Below are positions 37,791 to 49,654 of a stretch of 64,000 bases of DNA, one piece after another (position 1 is the stretch's first letter; every line of letters starts with the position of its first letter). The stretch is from Vicugna vicugna (taxonomy: Eukaryota): positions 1 through 64,000 of the forward strand of contig MU057560.1 of the NCBI GenBank assembly GCA_013265495.1, read 5' to 3'. The notes below the pieces were generated by a model. It did not search any database and was not told where the DNA came from. It saw only the letters and a list, made by a program, of their open reading frames with translations. The position numbers were made by a program, and so were the translations under genes.

Positions 37791-39554
37791 AAGTGCAGTC
37801 ATTTGAGGGTCTTCTGTTTCCCCAGTTATTAGTGGCGAGGTGGCTTCCCACCGAACTGCCCAGTGCTCCTAGGTGTTCTAGGTGTGTGGCGGTAAATGAA
37901 TCAGAACCTTAGAGATCTTCGGGTCCCACCTTCAGCACACGCTGGATGCAGGAGCCGCTGGGGGATGTGTCTGGTTCCTGGTGAGGGACCAGGTGCCAGG
38001 TTGTGTGGAACGTGAGCATCTCCAAAGAGCAGCCTGGGGGAGCGGAGAGCAGGCGAGCTGTTTCTTACTCTAAGAAACTCAGTGAATGTGGCACTGCTGG
38101 GGGACCGTGAGAAATGAGACTGAGAGGAGCCAAGGTCGTGACCAGAAAGAAACCGACAAACTCAGAATTTCGTGGGTAACATAGAAAACTTGACCTTGTT
38201 GTAGAGATAAGGGAAAATGAGGAAGACTAAACCGGCTGCACGTCTGGGGCGTGACCTGGAGGGAGACTCAGGGTCCAGCTGCGCTGGTGGTCTGCAGCCG
38301 CAAGGGGACGAGGTCTTCCTGGGGCCCTGATCCTGCTGCCTGGGACACGGACCCACAGCACAGGTCTCCTCTTTAAAGCTTCTCACTGGGACTCCTTCAT
38401 TTTCTGCCCTGGTTACAAACTGCCAAGGTTTAGGCAGACGTCGTGAGGGCGGATTTGACTGATGCTCTGAATCGCTGTCAGCGTGACTGGACTCTAGGCT
38501 GGTGGCCACTCTGTGGACTGACAGCCTCCGGGTGGGGCGCCGGCCCGTCCTCAGGGCCGCGGCTGTGCGGGCACTCTCACACGGCGGGCCGCGCTGTGCG
38601 TCTGACGTCCTTCTCACGGGCTGTGCTCGCGGTCCTGGAGGAAGGTCGCAGCAGAGCGCCTGGCGCATCCCGTCAGGCTTGGGCAGTAAGCAAGGTGAGG
38701 CCAAAGGCAGGGAAGTGGCTGGCAAACCGCTTGCTGCGCACGCTCAGAGCAGAACAAACAGAAACCCAAGGGATGCGTCGGGCGAGTCACTCAGAGCCGA
38801 GTCCCAGCGCACTGTGCGCGGCGGTCACCGCCCCGGGATGCCCCACAGCACGGAACCACACTGGGTCTTGAACATCATGAGTTTTTATTCAATGCATCAT
38901 GTGTTATCCTTTTCCTTTTTAGCACAATGAGTGGATGAACAAAAGGCAGAGATTAACCTGCCTCAGTCCTCATTTATGAGAGAAGTGAGCTTGTGTTCCA
39001 GGTGTGACCTACCCTGCTGGCATCTTTGAGGGCTGCCAGCTGGCTTCACTGTGGTGCCCAGCCCAGGGTCTACAATGACACTGTGGCAAATGTGGGCAGG
39101 ACAGGGGCTGCTACCAATTTGTGTACACCTGAAACTCATTATCTTGGAACAAGCTTTCACTGAGCTGGGCGCTCTGGAAACAATCATTTGTCAAAGGAAA
39201 TGTCACAAAACTCCCGCCTGCAATTCCCTTGTACTCTGAAGCATGTCGAGACAGTGGGGTTGACGACCGAGAATCAGGGGAAGACTCATTCACTATATGA
39301 ATCAAGGGTCTAATGCTCTTAAAATGTGACTATAGAATCAAGTGGACTGGATGCCATAGTCCTGCCAATGAACAGGGATTAATGTCCTGCCTGCGCTGGC
39401 AAGTGTAGGCTGTCACACCCACAAGCTGTCTTGAATCACTTTTGGTATTTGATCCAAAGGGTTTTTTTTTTTAATATTCCTCCCTCCCCTAGTTTTTCAA
39501 ACAAGCAGTGCTAACGTAGTGCCTATAAAATACATGCCACATTCTCCTTATCCA

Positions 39555-40065
39555 TTCAAATACAATGAAACATTCAGCCATGAAAAAGAAAGGAAATCCT
39601 GCCATCTGATACAACACAGGTGAAACCGAGGGGCATTATACTCAGTGAAATGGGCCAGAGAAAGAGAAATTACTGTATGTGTATATGTGGAATTCAGAAA
39701 AAGCTGAGCTCAAAGAAACCGGGAGTGGAATGGTGGCTTCCAGGGGCTGGTGGGGAGGGTAGACGGGGAGATGTTGGTCAAAGGGAACAAATATAAGATT
39801 AATAAACTATAAGGATCTAACTTATAGCTTGATGGCTACAGTTCACAATACTCCATTATATACTTGAAATTTGCTAAGATGGTAGACCTGTGTTCTTACC
39901 CTGCAAAAAATGTAATGTGAGGTGATGAATGTGTTAAGTAACTTGATTGTGGTAATCATTCCACAATGTACACATGTATCAAAGCATCACATCGTACACT
40001 TTCAACATATACAGTGTATTTGTCAGTTAGACCTCAGCAAAGTTGAAGAGGAAAAAAAGAAAATA
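39555..40065 (+). mobile_element. L1MA9/10-like 3' end
   Basis: aaggaaatcctgccatctg...gggcattatactcagtgaaat...ggggagatgttggtcaaaggg...tatacttgaaatttgctaag...cttgattgtggtaatcattccacaatgtac...A-rich end. Confidence 0.85.
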
Positions 40066-41099
40066 ATCTGAGAGTTACATCCGATTTAGCTTGCCTGCAT
40101 TGAAAAATCCCTCCACATTTTAACATGGATTTTTTAAATCCCTGTTTTACAATGAAGGAGAAGAACTAATGTTTTTGATCTACTGGTGTCCTACTGTGGA
40201 TCTGGAACTCTGTGTGAGCCTTCTCTTTGAATCTGCTCAGGATCTATTTTACAAACTGGGGCGTGAGAGTGAGATCGCACAATTAGCGAACCAGGGAAAA
40301 AAACCAGACCTGTTTTTCTCCAGAGCCTGTAACCCTCCTACTGCAAAGCAACATTTCCTTTTAAAGAGAGTTGCGTATTGTTGAAACGACTATATTTTAA
40401 GGTGATATTAGCAAATTGGTCTTGATATGACTGAAAAAAGCAGCCTCATTGGATACATGCCCTCAGAAGCTCCTTGTAGGGTTTAGCATCAGCTGCAGGC
40501 ACACTTGCTGCTCACCTACAATACTCACCCCACCTTTCGTCCTTTGGCAACAGAGTCTGAAAGGGAGACTGGCTGTCCAGGACCTGAACTGCCTCCTAGG
40601 TTCTCCTGTAGCTGGAGGCGGCCGTGAACCTGGATAGCGGCCACTGAAATGGGAGCCGCCGTGACGCGAGCAACTTCCGCGCTGGCTCCTGAAGAAGACG
40701 GATGTGTCCCCCACAGGCAGCAGGTGCCCTTTTGAATTACCAGGCACTTTCTTGGCCGTTGCTCTCCGTGTTTGATTGTGCTTCCCTCTAGGCCCAACCG
40801 ACCGCCAATGAATAAGGAACTGAAAGGAGAGGGACCAGGAGCAGTGACAGTATCGTCCCTGGCAGTGCTAACAGCTCTGCGTCCAAGGTTTAATCGCGCC
40901 CCAAGCCATGAACTTATTTTGTACCTACTACGCACTAGGAACTTAACAACTGCCAGGGAAGCTACAAACCGAATAGCACGCAGATCTTTCCCTTCAGGAG
41001 TCTGTCTTCCCGTGAAGAGAGAGAGAGGAGGGAGGCGTGATAAATCCCGTATGGCTGGTCGCTGTGATTTCATGTAACGGACAAAGACAGGGCTATTTT

Positions 41100-41292
41100 C
41101 GCTCTTCCTGCTACTTAACAGTTGCATGACTAGGGAGAGCTGCGTAACTTTCCCAAACCTTGATTTTTCATGCATAAAATACAAATGTTAACAGTGCTTC
41201 CTTCCACAGGGTTATTGTAAGGATGAAATAAGATAATCCACAGAAAGGAGTTGGCGTAGTGCCTGACGGCGGCAGAGCACTTGAAAAATGCA
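41100..41292 (+). mobile_element. MIR SINE
   Basis: ctacttaacagttgcatgact...catgcataaaat...cacagggttattgtaaggatgaaataagataatccac...gtagtgcctgac. Confidence 0.8.
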
Positions 41293-41924
41293 AATCACTT
41301 CCCCTATCTTTGCTTCTCTCTATTCTTACGTCAGCCAAGGCTGTGACTTACACGAAGCCTACCAGACTTCCAGATGCCCCTCCCTCCACGTCCCCCCTTG
41401 ACAATGAGTCACCAAACACCACACGTCTCAGAAATCCCTGGCTCCTTCATTCCACGGCACGTCTCAGTCCCATCGGCACCATCAGCTGGGGGTAGGCCTG
41501 CTTGCCTCTGAGCCCTGCCCTTCCCCCTGAGCCCTGCCCTTCCCCAGTCCACGCTTCCAGGGCCGCCAGACTGACCCTCACAACTGAAACCGGAGCGTTT
41601 CCTTCTTGGGCTTTGAAACATCCCACCGCTCTCCATTGTGAGAGAATAATTTTCACATTCTGCAGCTTGGTAAACGTGTCCTCAATCCAGTTGCTGCCTG
41701 CTTTCCTAGCTAGACACCCTGTTACTTTTGTCCACACACCTGGTGAGTACATAGCATCACTTGGACCTGATGAGCACGGACGGGCTCTTAACTTGACAAC
41801 TCAGCACACAGAGCCTCCTCTGGACTCTCACAGGGCAGAGTTTGTGGCTTCTCATTCTGTGATCACGTACCCTGCCCGGGTACAACGTGGAAACAAACAT
41901 TCTCTGTATCTCTTGCCATTTAGA

Positions 41925-42035
41925 TTGTGAATCTTCTGAGACTGGAGAAAAGGTTTGTTTGTCTGTGATTCTTCAGTGTCTGACTCATGCTTGGTACTCA
42001 TTAGATGCTCAAGGCATGCTGAATGAGTGGAAAAT
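41925..42035 (+). mobile_element. L2 3' end
   Basis: agattgtgaatcttctgag...tgcttggtactcattagatgctcaag...tgctgaatgagt. Confidence 0.6.
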
Positions 42036-44390
42036 GAGAAAATGAATTCTATATCAAATGTTATCATTAAAATTCCTAGGTCATCAACACCCCAGTACAC
42101 TTAGGCAAACAGTCTGATTTCACACTGAGACACACATTGACCTCTGCCCCTGGTTCAGATTTTCCTTGGTTATAGAAACATCTTCACAGTCATCTGCTCT
42201 TTCAAAAGTTTCCCAAGCACGTGAGCTCCTTAACCTGATGTTACATTCGTTTTCTCCGGAATCGTGGCTGTTGGTAACACGTACACACATCTTGGACAAC
42301 GCAGCTCATAGAATTCCCAGGCCCCTGTGTTTAGCATCGTATTATGAAGTATATATGCTTTTTGACACACCCTTTTCAAGCACTTCCCTGCCTGTAACTA
42401 AATCACTAATTCAGAATCCATTCTATCTTTGACCTCTTTTAAGGTTCTAATCTAATCTCTTGGAAGAGCTGAAAAGAAAAATGGGCAGAGTGTTCCAGGA
42501 GATGACAAACAGCCTGGGTGTTCAGATGTCACTGCCAGAAAAAATGTCCAAACTGTTACCCACCCCTCCTTCCGCAGAGCAGGGAGGTAACCAAGCAGCC
42601 TGGGGTAGGTGGGATTTTGAGAGCAAACAAACAAAAATGATCGGGTTTTCTAACAATACGTTCGTAAATTATCACCTACTCTCTGAAGATGTTAAAAAGA
42701 GGATTATTTCCTGGTTAAGCCTCAATAGCCCGAGGTTTGTTTTTGATGACTTGGCAGTGGAAATGTGTCTGATTTTTAGAATATCTCAGGGAGTTGGTGC
42801 GAAAAGAGCCACATGGCTGTGTTCCAACAGTGCCTTCCTGCAGGGACCAGGGCTCGGCCGTTCCCATGATTAATGTGTCTAGCATGCTTTCGGGAACTCA
42901 TTGGATCCTCTGTAATCCTTTTACTTTGATAAGATGTTTTAATTGAATCCCTAACGTTACAACAAGCTCCCTAGTTCAATATTCATCTTCTTGTCATCTG
43001 AGCTATGCCCACGGATGCCCAGACTCTGGCGACTCCGCGTTATTACTCATGAAAATCACCTGTTACAGCCCAGCCATCTTTAGCTTATATCCGACACTGA
43101 GCCAGCTCTCCTTCCTAGCAAACAGCTTCGTATTACTGAGAGCTTTTAGTTAAAGGGTCAGGCCCACTGAAAGCTCAGGAGTCCTTTTGGAGTCCACTGT
43201 TCACATCATCCATCATTCTCAGAAAGATGATCATCACTGACAGGTGCATCAGAGGAATGAGAATTACAGCCTGTCAATGTCCCTTGTCCAGACCAGTCAG
43301 CGGATGCAGGCACTTGTTTGGAAGGATAATGAGGAGAGAGCACTTAGCTTGTGCAGACAAGTCCACGGAGCTGCTGCAAGATGATTATCCACTTTGGGCA
43401 CATTAGTGGTCAAAGACAGATACAGCCAATCCTCTTTCATCCGGCAGTTACTCACCTGGCCATCTGAACTGTCTGGAACACTGAGAGGAACCTTGGAAAG
43501 AGGAGGATCACCTCGTGAGACTCTGCACTATCTGAATCCATGCACTAATAATGCTTGTGCAACTTCCCTATAAGAGAACCCATTAGGCTGATACTGTTTA
43601 CCTATTTGCTCTTACATTAAACGCCAAATTCTCAATTGTTCCTTAGCTCTCTCAGCTAAGCTGTTGTAAGAAGACATGGATGCAGGTAGCAGTTTGCTAG
43701 AAGCAAGCGTGTTAATGAAATTCGAAGAGACAGCATATAACACGACGTTCACAGAGAAGATACAAACTCTCCCAAACAAATAATGAAAGGCCACAAATAC
43801 GTATGTCCAAATAAGGGAAAACAGTCGTACACATCTTAGCTTCGGTGCGATGCTGTGTTTTGCATAGGCCAATGCACATATTTACCTTCATCCAGAGATT
43901 AAGAGATTAAGTCAGTAAAAAATAAAGAAAAACATTAGACTATTAAACTATTAGCAATGATATTCTAACTTACAGAAGGAGCATATGTAACACATTACAA
44001 AATTTTCTGCAAAAAATGTTTTAATTTGAAAAATAATTTTGGGAATATACAAAGATATTTTCTATTGTTTGTAAAATTATATTATGAAAGTGTTCCTGTA
44101 TTTGGAAATACTGAATAAATGAGGAAGTCTACTGAAAAAGTAAATGAATTCTCTCGACTTCTGTAGCTAAAACATCAGTTTTGCTCCACTGGTGACACAA
44201 TGAATGAAATTTTGATCTTTGGGATAAGAACAGGAATATAGCAAGAGAAGTAACTGAATCTGGGTGCAACATCTGAAATACAATTAAGAATTGATACAGC
44301 AATATATTTGGAAATCTTGCTTTTGTGGGAAAATCACGTACGACAATTTTCAAGTTGTTCTGGAGTTACAAAACCGCCCATCTAATTTCC

Positions 44391-44590
44391 TTTTTTTTTC
44401 AAGTATAATCACAAAACAGAAGCGGACTCACAGACGTAGAAAACAGACTTCTGGTTACCAGGGGGAAACGGGGAGGAGGGATAAACCGGTAGTTTGAGAT
44501 CTGCAGATACGCACTATGATACATAAAAGATAAACAACGAGGTCCCACTGCACAGCACAGGGAACTATATTCAATATCTCGGGGTAACCA
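44391..44590 (-). mobile_element. Short L1 3' insertion with probable 5' inversion
   Basis: Poly-T plus caagtataatc (antisense L1 terminus) joined to a sense-strand L1 3' UTR segment acaaaacagaagcggactcacag...gggaactatattcaatatct. aatttc lies on both flanks. Confidence 0.75.
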
Positions 44591-44719
44591 ACAATTTCTG
44601 ATGACACAGTGACAAAGGTGTCAAGAAGAGGTCCGAGAGAAGAGAGGACCGCCACGTTGAGCGCTTCACAGGCGAGATGCTGCCGGGCTGGGGTGGGGGC
44701 GGGTCTCGGGCTCAGGCCG

Positions 44720-44930
44720 CCTCGCTTTGAGTCCCGGCCCCCCACGCACAGGTGCTACCTGGAGCAACTTCCTGTGCTCCCCACACCTGAGTCTCCACGT
44801 GTGTGAACTGGGGCAGTAGTAACAGCTCAGAGCCTCTGGGTTTTCGTGATGTGATGTGAGTTAGCGCACGTGTAACACTTAGCGCGGGGCCTGAAGCCCC
44901 GTACACACTCAATCAGCATTAGTGCTTGAG
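44720..44930 (+). mobile_element. MIR SINE (GC-shifted)
   Basis: tttgagtcccggc...cctggagcaacttcc...gtgtgaactggggcagtagtaacag...atgtgagttagcgcacgtgtaacacttagcgcggggcctg...cactcaatcagcattag. Confidence 0.7.
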
Positions 44931-45716
44931 CTCTTAAAATAACCCGATCAAGCAGGCGTTGCTGCTCTACTTGACAAAGGAAGAAACGGAGATGCAAAGA
45001 GATTCGAGACCTTTCCCAGGATCGCAGTGCCCAGTGATGGGCTTTTACTGGGAGGGTCTGATAGAGCATCTGCATTATGCACGTCTGGAGAAACGTTATC
45101 CTATCTCTGCCAAAGTTTGTTTCAAAGACGTTTCTTACTCCGAGAGAAAAAGAAGGCCCGAATTAAAGAACACGTGCGGAAAAACCAATGGTACATTTTC
45201 ACAAATGTCCCTCAGACGTCCACTGGTAAGAAGCCTGATGGCCAAGCTTCATACCTTGGCAGTGACGTGTTGAGAGACTCAGAGAAGCCACCTGATACTT
45301 GGTTCAGAACCTCACTGTATTTGCTTAAATGTTTTAAAAGCTCCAAAATAATGAATTTGGTTGCCAGTCTAAACTGTTAGCAGACAGATGTTAAATCTAA
45401 TCTTTTCTGGGCTCTGATTGCTTTCTAGATCTGAAGTTACAAATGCAAATGATTTCTGGGTCAGAGCTGGTAAGCTAAAGGCAAGGTAGCCTAGTGGCAA
45501 GGTAATAGGGGGAGGTGGGGCTTGTGGCTAACTGCGTAAGCTGGCAGTGGCATGGTCAAAGCCACATTGCTCTGGACAGACTCAATCTTCAAGTGGTCCT
45601 ACTGCAGCCCCTGGTCCAAAGGAATGACCCACAATGCTCCTTTTTAACTATATTGCACTCCTCACCTTCTCCCAGTCCTGAGGATGAGAAAAGTGCGTTT
45701 GCTTTTCCCTAATTCT

Positions 45717-45763
45717 TTTTTTTTTTTTACCATTTTTTATTGATGTATAATAATTTTACAGTG
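45717..45763 (-). mobile_element. ~47 bp camelid L1 extreme 3' tail with 18 bp TSD
   Basis: T-run followed by accattttttattgatgtataataattttacagtg, lying between ttgcttttccctaattct (45699-45716) and ttgcttctccctaattct (45764-45781). Confidence 0.85.
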
Positions 45764-48700
45764 TTGCTTCTCCCTAATTCTGTTTAGCAATAGATTCAGA
45801 TTCAGCAAGCATTTATTTAGCACCTGTGAGCCACGAGGCCCTGGATTAGACCCCAAGAGCATTGCAAAGACGGATCCAGCAACAACAATAGCAGAAGCAT
45901 AAGAACCATCCCTCACCTGTGCAGTTTAGTTCTGCATTCAGATGTGCTCAGACATAACTGGATATTGCGTGGTAAGTACCGTAATACCAGTAAATGGTGG
46001 TGAGGGAATTTATGCAGAACATAAGTGCACTTTGAACCAAGAGCACTTGGAATTAGTATCTGCACTTAATCGACTCCAGGCTACGTTAGCTGGAGAGGGT
46101 TCTTACAACTCAGAGAAGTATTAACGTCGAGGATTCAGAGTTGAAACTTGTGTGGCATCACACATCAGCATGCTTCCCAAGCCTCTGCTCTTCCTGCCTC
46201 ACTTTAGTGTCAAATCATTTCCATCCGCAGGGGCCAGCTCAGCCCTCCCCCGTAACGTGAAGTCTGCTCGGCCCAGACTGTAGATTTTAGAGCTGAGGAG
46301 GCACTGTGACGTCTTAAGCAAACCCCTCCTGTTCCGGTCGAGTGCGGCGAGGCCAGGGACAGAACGCTATTGCTCAGGATTCATCGGGGTGAACATTGGA
46401 ACTCCTTTTCCTATCTCAGGGTTCTTTCCCCCTGTTTTCAACATTAAACCTCCTAAAAATGTCATTATCTGAGTTACTCACTGTGTTACTATACATGCTG
46501 CTTTTTGCTGTTTAAAACCTTTCATTGAAAAGCGCTTTTTGCATCATCACGTGAACTCACCGCTCATTCGAGCACGGAGGCCCTGGTCTGCGTCAGCTGT
46601 GCGTCTTTCCCCGGCCACCTGGCCTCCCCGCCTGCCTCGTGGGTGCTCCTAAGTCAGTTTTGGACCTTGAGGGTAACTTTGCATCTTCAATGATTTGAAG
46701 CAGCAATTCAAGGACATGTAGCCTCCAGATCAACACGTGCACATGAGGTGACAAAGCCATTTCAGTCCTTGCCGGGAAACTGACGAGAAATAAGGACCCA
46801 GAGGGGAGGGAGGGGATTAAACGTGGCGCCCTATGTAAATACACTCCGTAAGTCACAGCTCATTGCATGAGTGTCCGTGGGTGTGACAAGGCTGAGATGG
46901 TTTTAAATGAGTGACAATTCTGAGTATCTCTTGGGCTCTTTCTTGTCTCATGTGAGGAGGGGAGGCCAGGGCTGGCAGACGATGCTATGAAAGATCTTTA
47001 AGAACAAAAGGAAACCCTCCTCGCTGACCTAGTGACCTTTCAGGAGGAGGAAACCGTGAAGATCAGCACCTGACAATGACTCTGGTGGCTACGGCTCCAA
47101 GCCACCCGAACTGCACCCTCTTCAGCTCGCCTGCATCTGAGGAATCTGAGTTGATTCATTCAACACTCTGCCTTCTGGGGCCAGTCACATCCTCTGACCT
47201 TGAATGCGACAGACTCAAGGCCGTGATGCTCTGCCAGGGCTAAGCTTTAGCGTGTACTCAGAGTGTTAGAGAGAATGTGGTTGTGAAGGGAGCATTTACT
47301 TCTTTCTTTCCTGCCTCTCTGAATTTAAAAAGAAACGTTGGCCTAAGATTAGAGACCTGGTAATACGTTTTAGCTTAATTCTTCCACTTGTTAAAAAAAA
47401 ATATGGAGACAGTTTTTGTTGCCTGATGAAATGAAAGAGACAGACCCCGGATTAGGTACAGCAGTGAGAAGTACCGCTCACAGAGGGGGCACTGAGGACC
47501 GTCAGAAGAGATCTGTCGTACTTCTCTCACCAGCAAAGCCTCGGTCTGATCTCATGGGTACGGAGGAAAGGAAGGAGCTGGCCCGTGTGCACGCAGGGTG
47601 TACAGCCTAAGTCTGTCCCCAGCCAGGGTGCAGGCAGCACCCTGAGCTCTGCCGCCCGACTCGCGGGAGAAGACACTCATCGCCTTGCCAGCACACAGTG
47701 GGAGGACAGCCTTCCTTCTTTAGCATTAACAGTGTCATTACCAGGTAGAAGTGGGCATTGGTTTCAAGACACCAGTGCCCAGGCTCCACCCCTAGAACCT
47801 GACCTCATGTCTCCGGGGTGGGAACCCGGAATCGCCCAGACTGTCGCAGTTGCTCCCGCTGGGCAGCCGAGGAGTGGAACCTAAGGCATCTCAACATTTC
47901 CTACCAGTAGGCGTCACCTTGTGATCGGTCCCTCATGCAGATTCTTATTCGCAGAACTGGGCATGTCTGCCTTTCCAGCAAGCGTCCAGTTGGGGCCAGA
48001 GCTGCTGGTCAGAGGCCCACGCTGGGGGAAGTGAGGACCCACACGCTGCTCTGTAGGAGCTGGGCTTCTGCTGTGCACATTTGGACGGGGTGGCTCATGT
48101 CTCCCCACTTTGCCTTAGCGAACACCCACTGCAGAATGACATGCATCTGGTTTCATCGCTTTATGTAATGATTATGAAAGCTTTTAAATAGGCTTGCTTC
48201 CACGGTTGGGGTCCTTTAATTTGGTATTTCCAACGCTTTTGCTGATCATCAGAATCATCTGGGAGCCTTAAAAATCTGATGGGCCTTCTCCCCAACAGAG
48301 GTGGGTAGGCATGAGAGAAAGGAAATTCAGGTGGGTGGCTTGAAAGAGGAACTTTTAAGTTAAGATGACATGGCAATTCTGATGTCTTCACCCTGGAAGT
48401 TCATAAGCGTTTACAAAAGGTAATGGATGAAACAGAATCATCATTTCTTTCACTTTCAGTGTGTGTTAAAATAAAACATGCATCCCTCGAGTACGAATGT
48501 AGACTCCCTATGAAAACTAATAATTTAACTCCACAATTTGGTGGGAGGAGGGGAGGGGGGCGCTTACTGCCATCTTTCCTTCACGATCTTTTCTTTAGTC
48601 CCTTAAAAGTAAAATTTCGTGCCTGAGGAGAAAGCAGCTTAAAGGGTTCTTTTGAGGCACAATGCACTGTTCTTTGGGCTAATGTTTCAAAGAATAAACT

Positions 48701-49399
48701 CCAAGCCTTGAGAGAATGTGTTAATACAGCGAAAGAATCTCAGAGGGGAATTCTGAAGGTCTGTTTATATGTAAGACACAGACTTCAGAAAAACACTTTC
48801 ATTTGGTCCTTTATTTAGTAAGCAGGATTTTCACAGCATTAAGTTTTTGTCTTCCTTTATTTTCACTTTGTTAACATGCTACTGAAGGCTTGGTGGTGCA
48901 TTTGTGGAGTGTGTTGACTGTGAGCACAGTGCGAAGAACCCTAAAGAAGAAAGAAGTCTGTGCATTCATGTCCTGTAAGCAAGGTGGCTCAGATGGTTTT
49001 GGACAAAAGTGTTTAATCCAGAATCTGAATTAAAGTGGTAACGCAGGACCCACTCAGTCCCGACATCTGCCTCAAATTGTGAGAACAGTGGAATTTTTAA
49101 ATCTGAAGTTTAGAAACACAACTGAAAAATCAGGTACGAAAGGCTGGGCTCACCTTGCGGAGCGACGAGCTTCACGCAGCGGTCACGTGTCTCCCGTCCA
49201 CTGGCCGGTGTGGGAAGTCAGGTCAGTCTCCTGAGCTCCAGGTTGAACGACTCAGTCTGTCATCTGCAAATGGAGAGCCTACTTTTCTTTTTTTCCCTCG
49301 AGTTCTCCCCTTCCTGAGAAAAGGACAAGTAAGAATTCAATCCAGAAATTCGGGGGGAGGGGGGGTGCCAGCACCTCAAAGAGGAAAATGAAAACCAAA

Positions 49400-49628
49400 A
49401 GGGGTAAGTTAGGAGTTGGGATCAACAGAGACACACGACTATGCATAAAATAAACAGCAAGGTCTTACTGCAGAGCACAGGGAACTATAGCAACATCTTG
49501 TAACAACCTCTAATGGGAAAGAACCCGAAAAAGAATCCGTGTATGTTTATGTGTAACCGAGTCACTCTGCTGCACGCCTGAAACTAACACAACACTCACT
49601 GTGAATCAACGAGACTTCAGTCAAAACC
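49400..49628 (+). mobile_element. Cetartiodactyl L1 3' tail
   Basis: ttaggagttgggatcaacag...cagagcacagggaactatagcaacatcttgtaacaacctctaatgggaaagaa...ctgaaactaacacaacac. Confidence 0.85.
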
Positions 49629-49654
49629 ACCCAGACAAACACAGAAGCAAAAGG

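Noticed and set aside
40525..41184. Longest ORF in the track (219 aa, minus strand)
   Set aside because: It begins inside an antisense MIR, has no recognisable domain and has a composition typical of chance ORFs.
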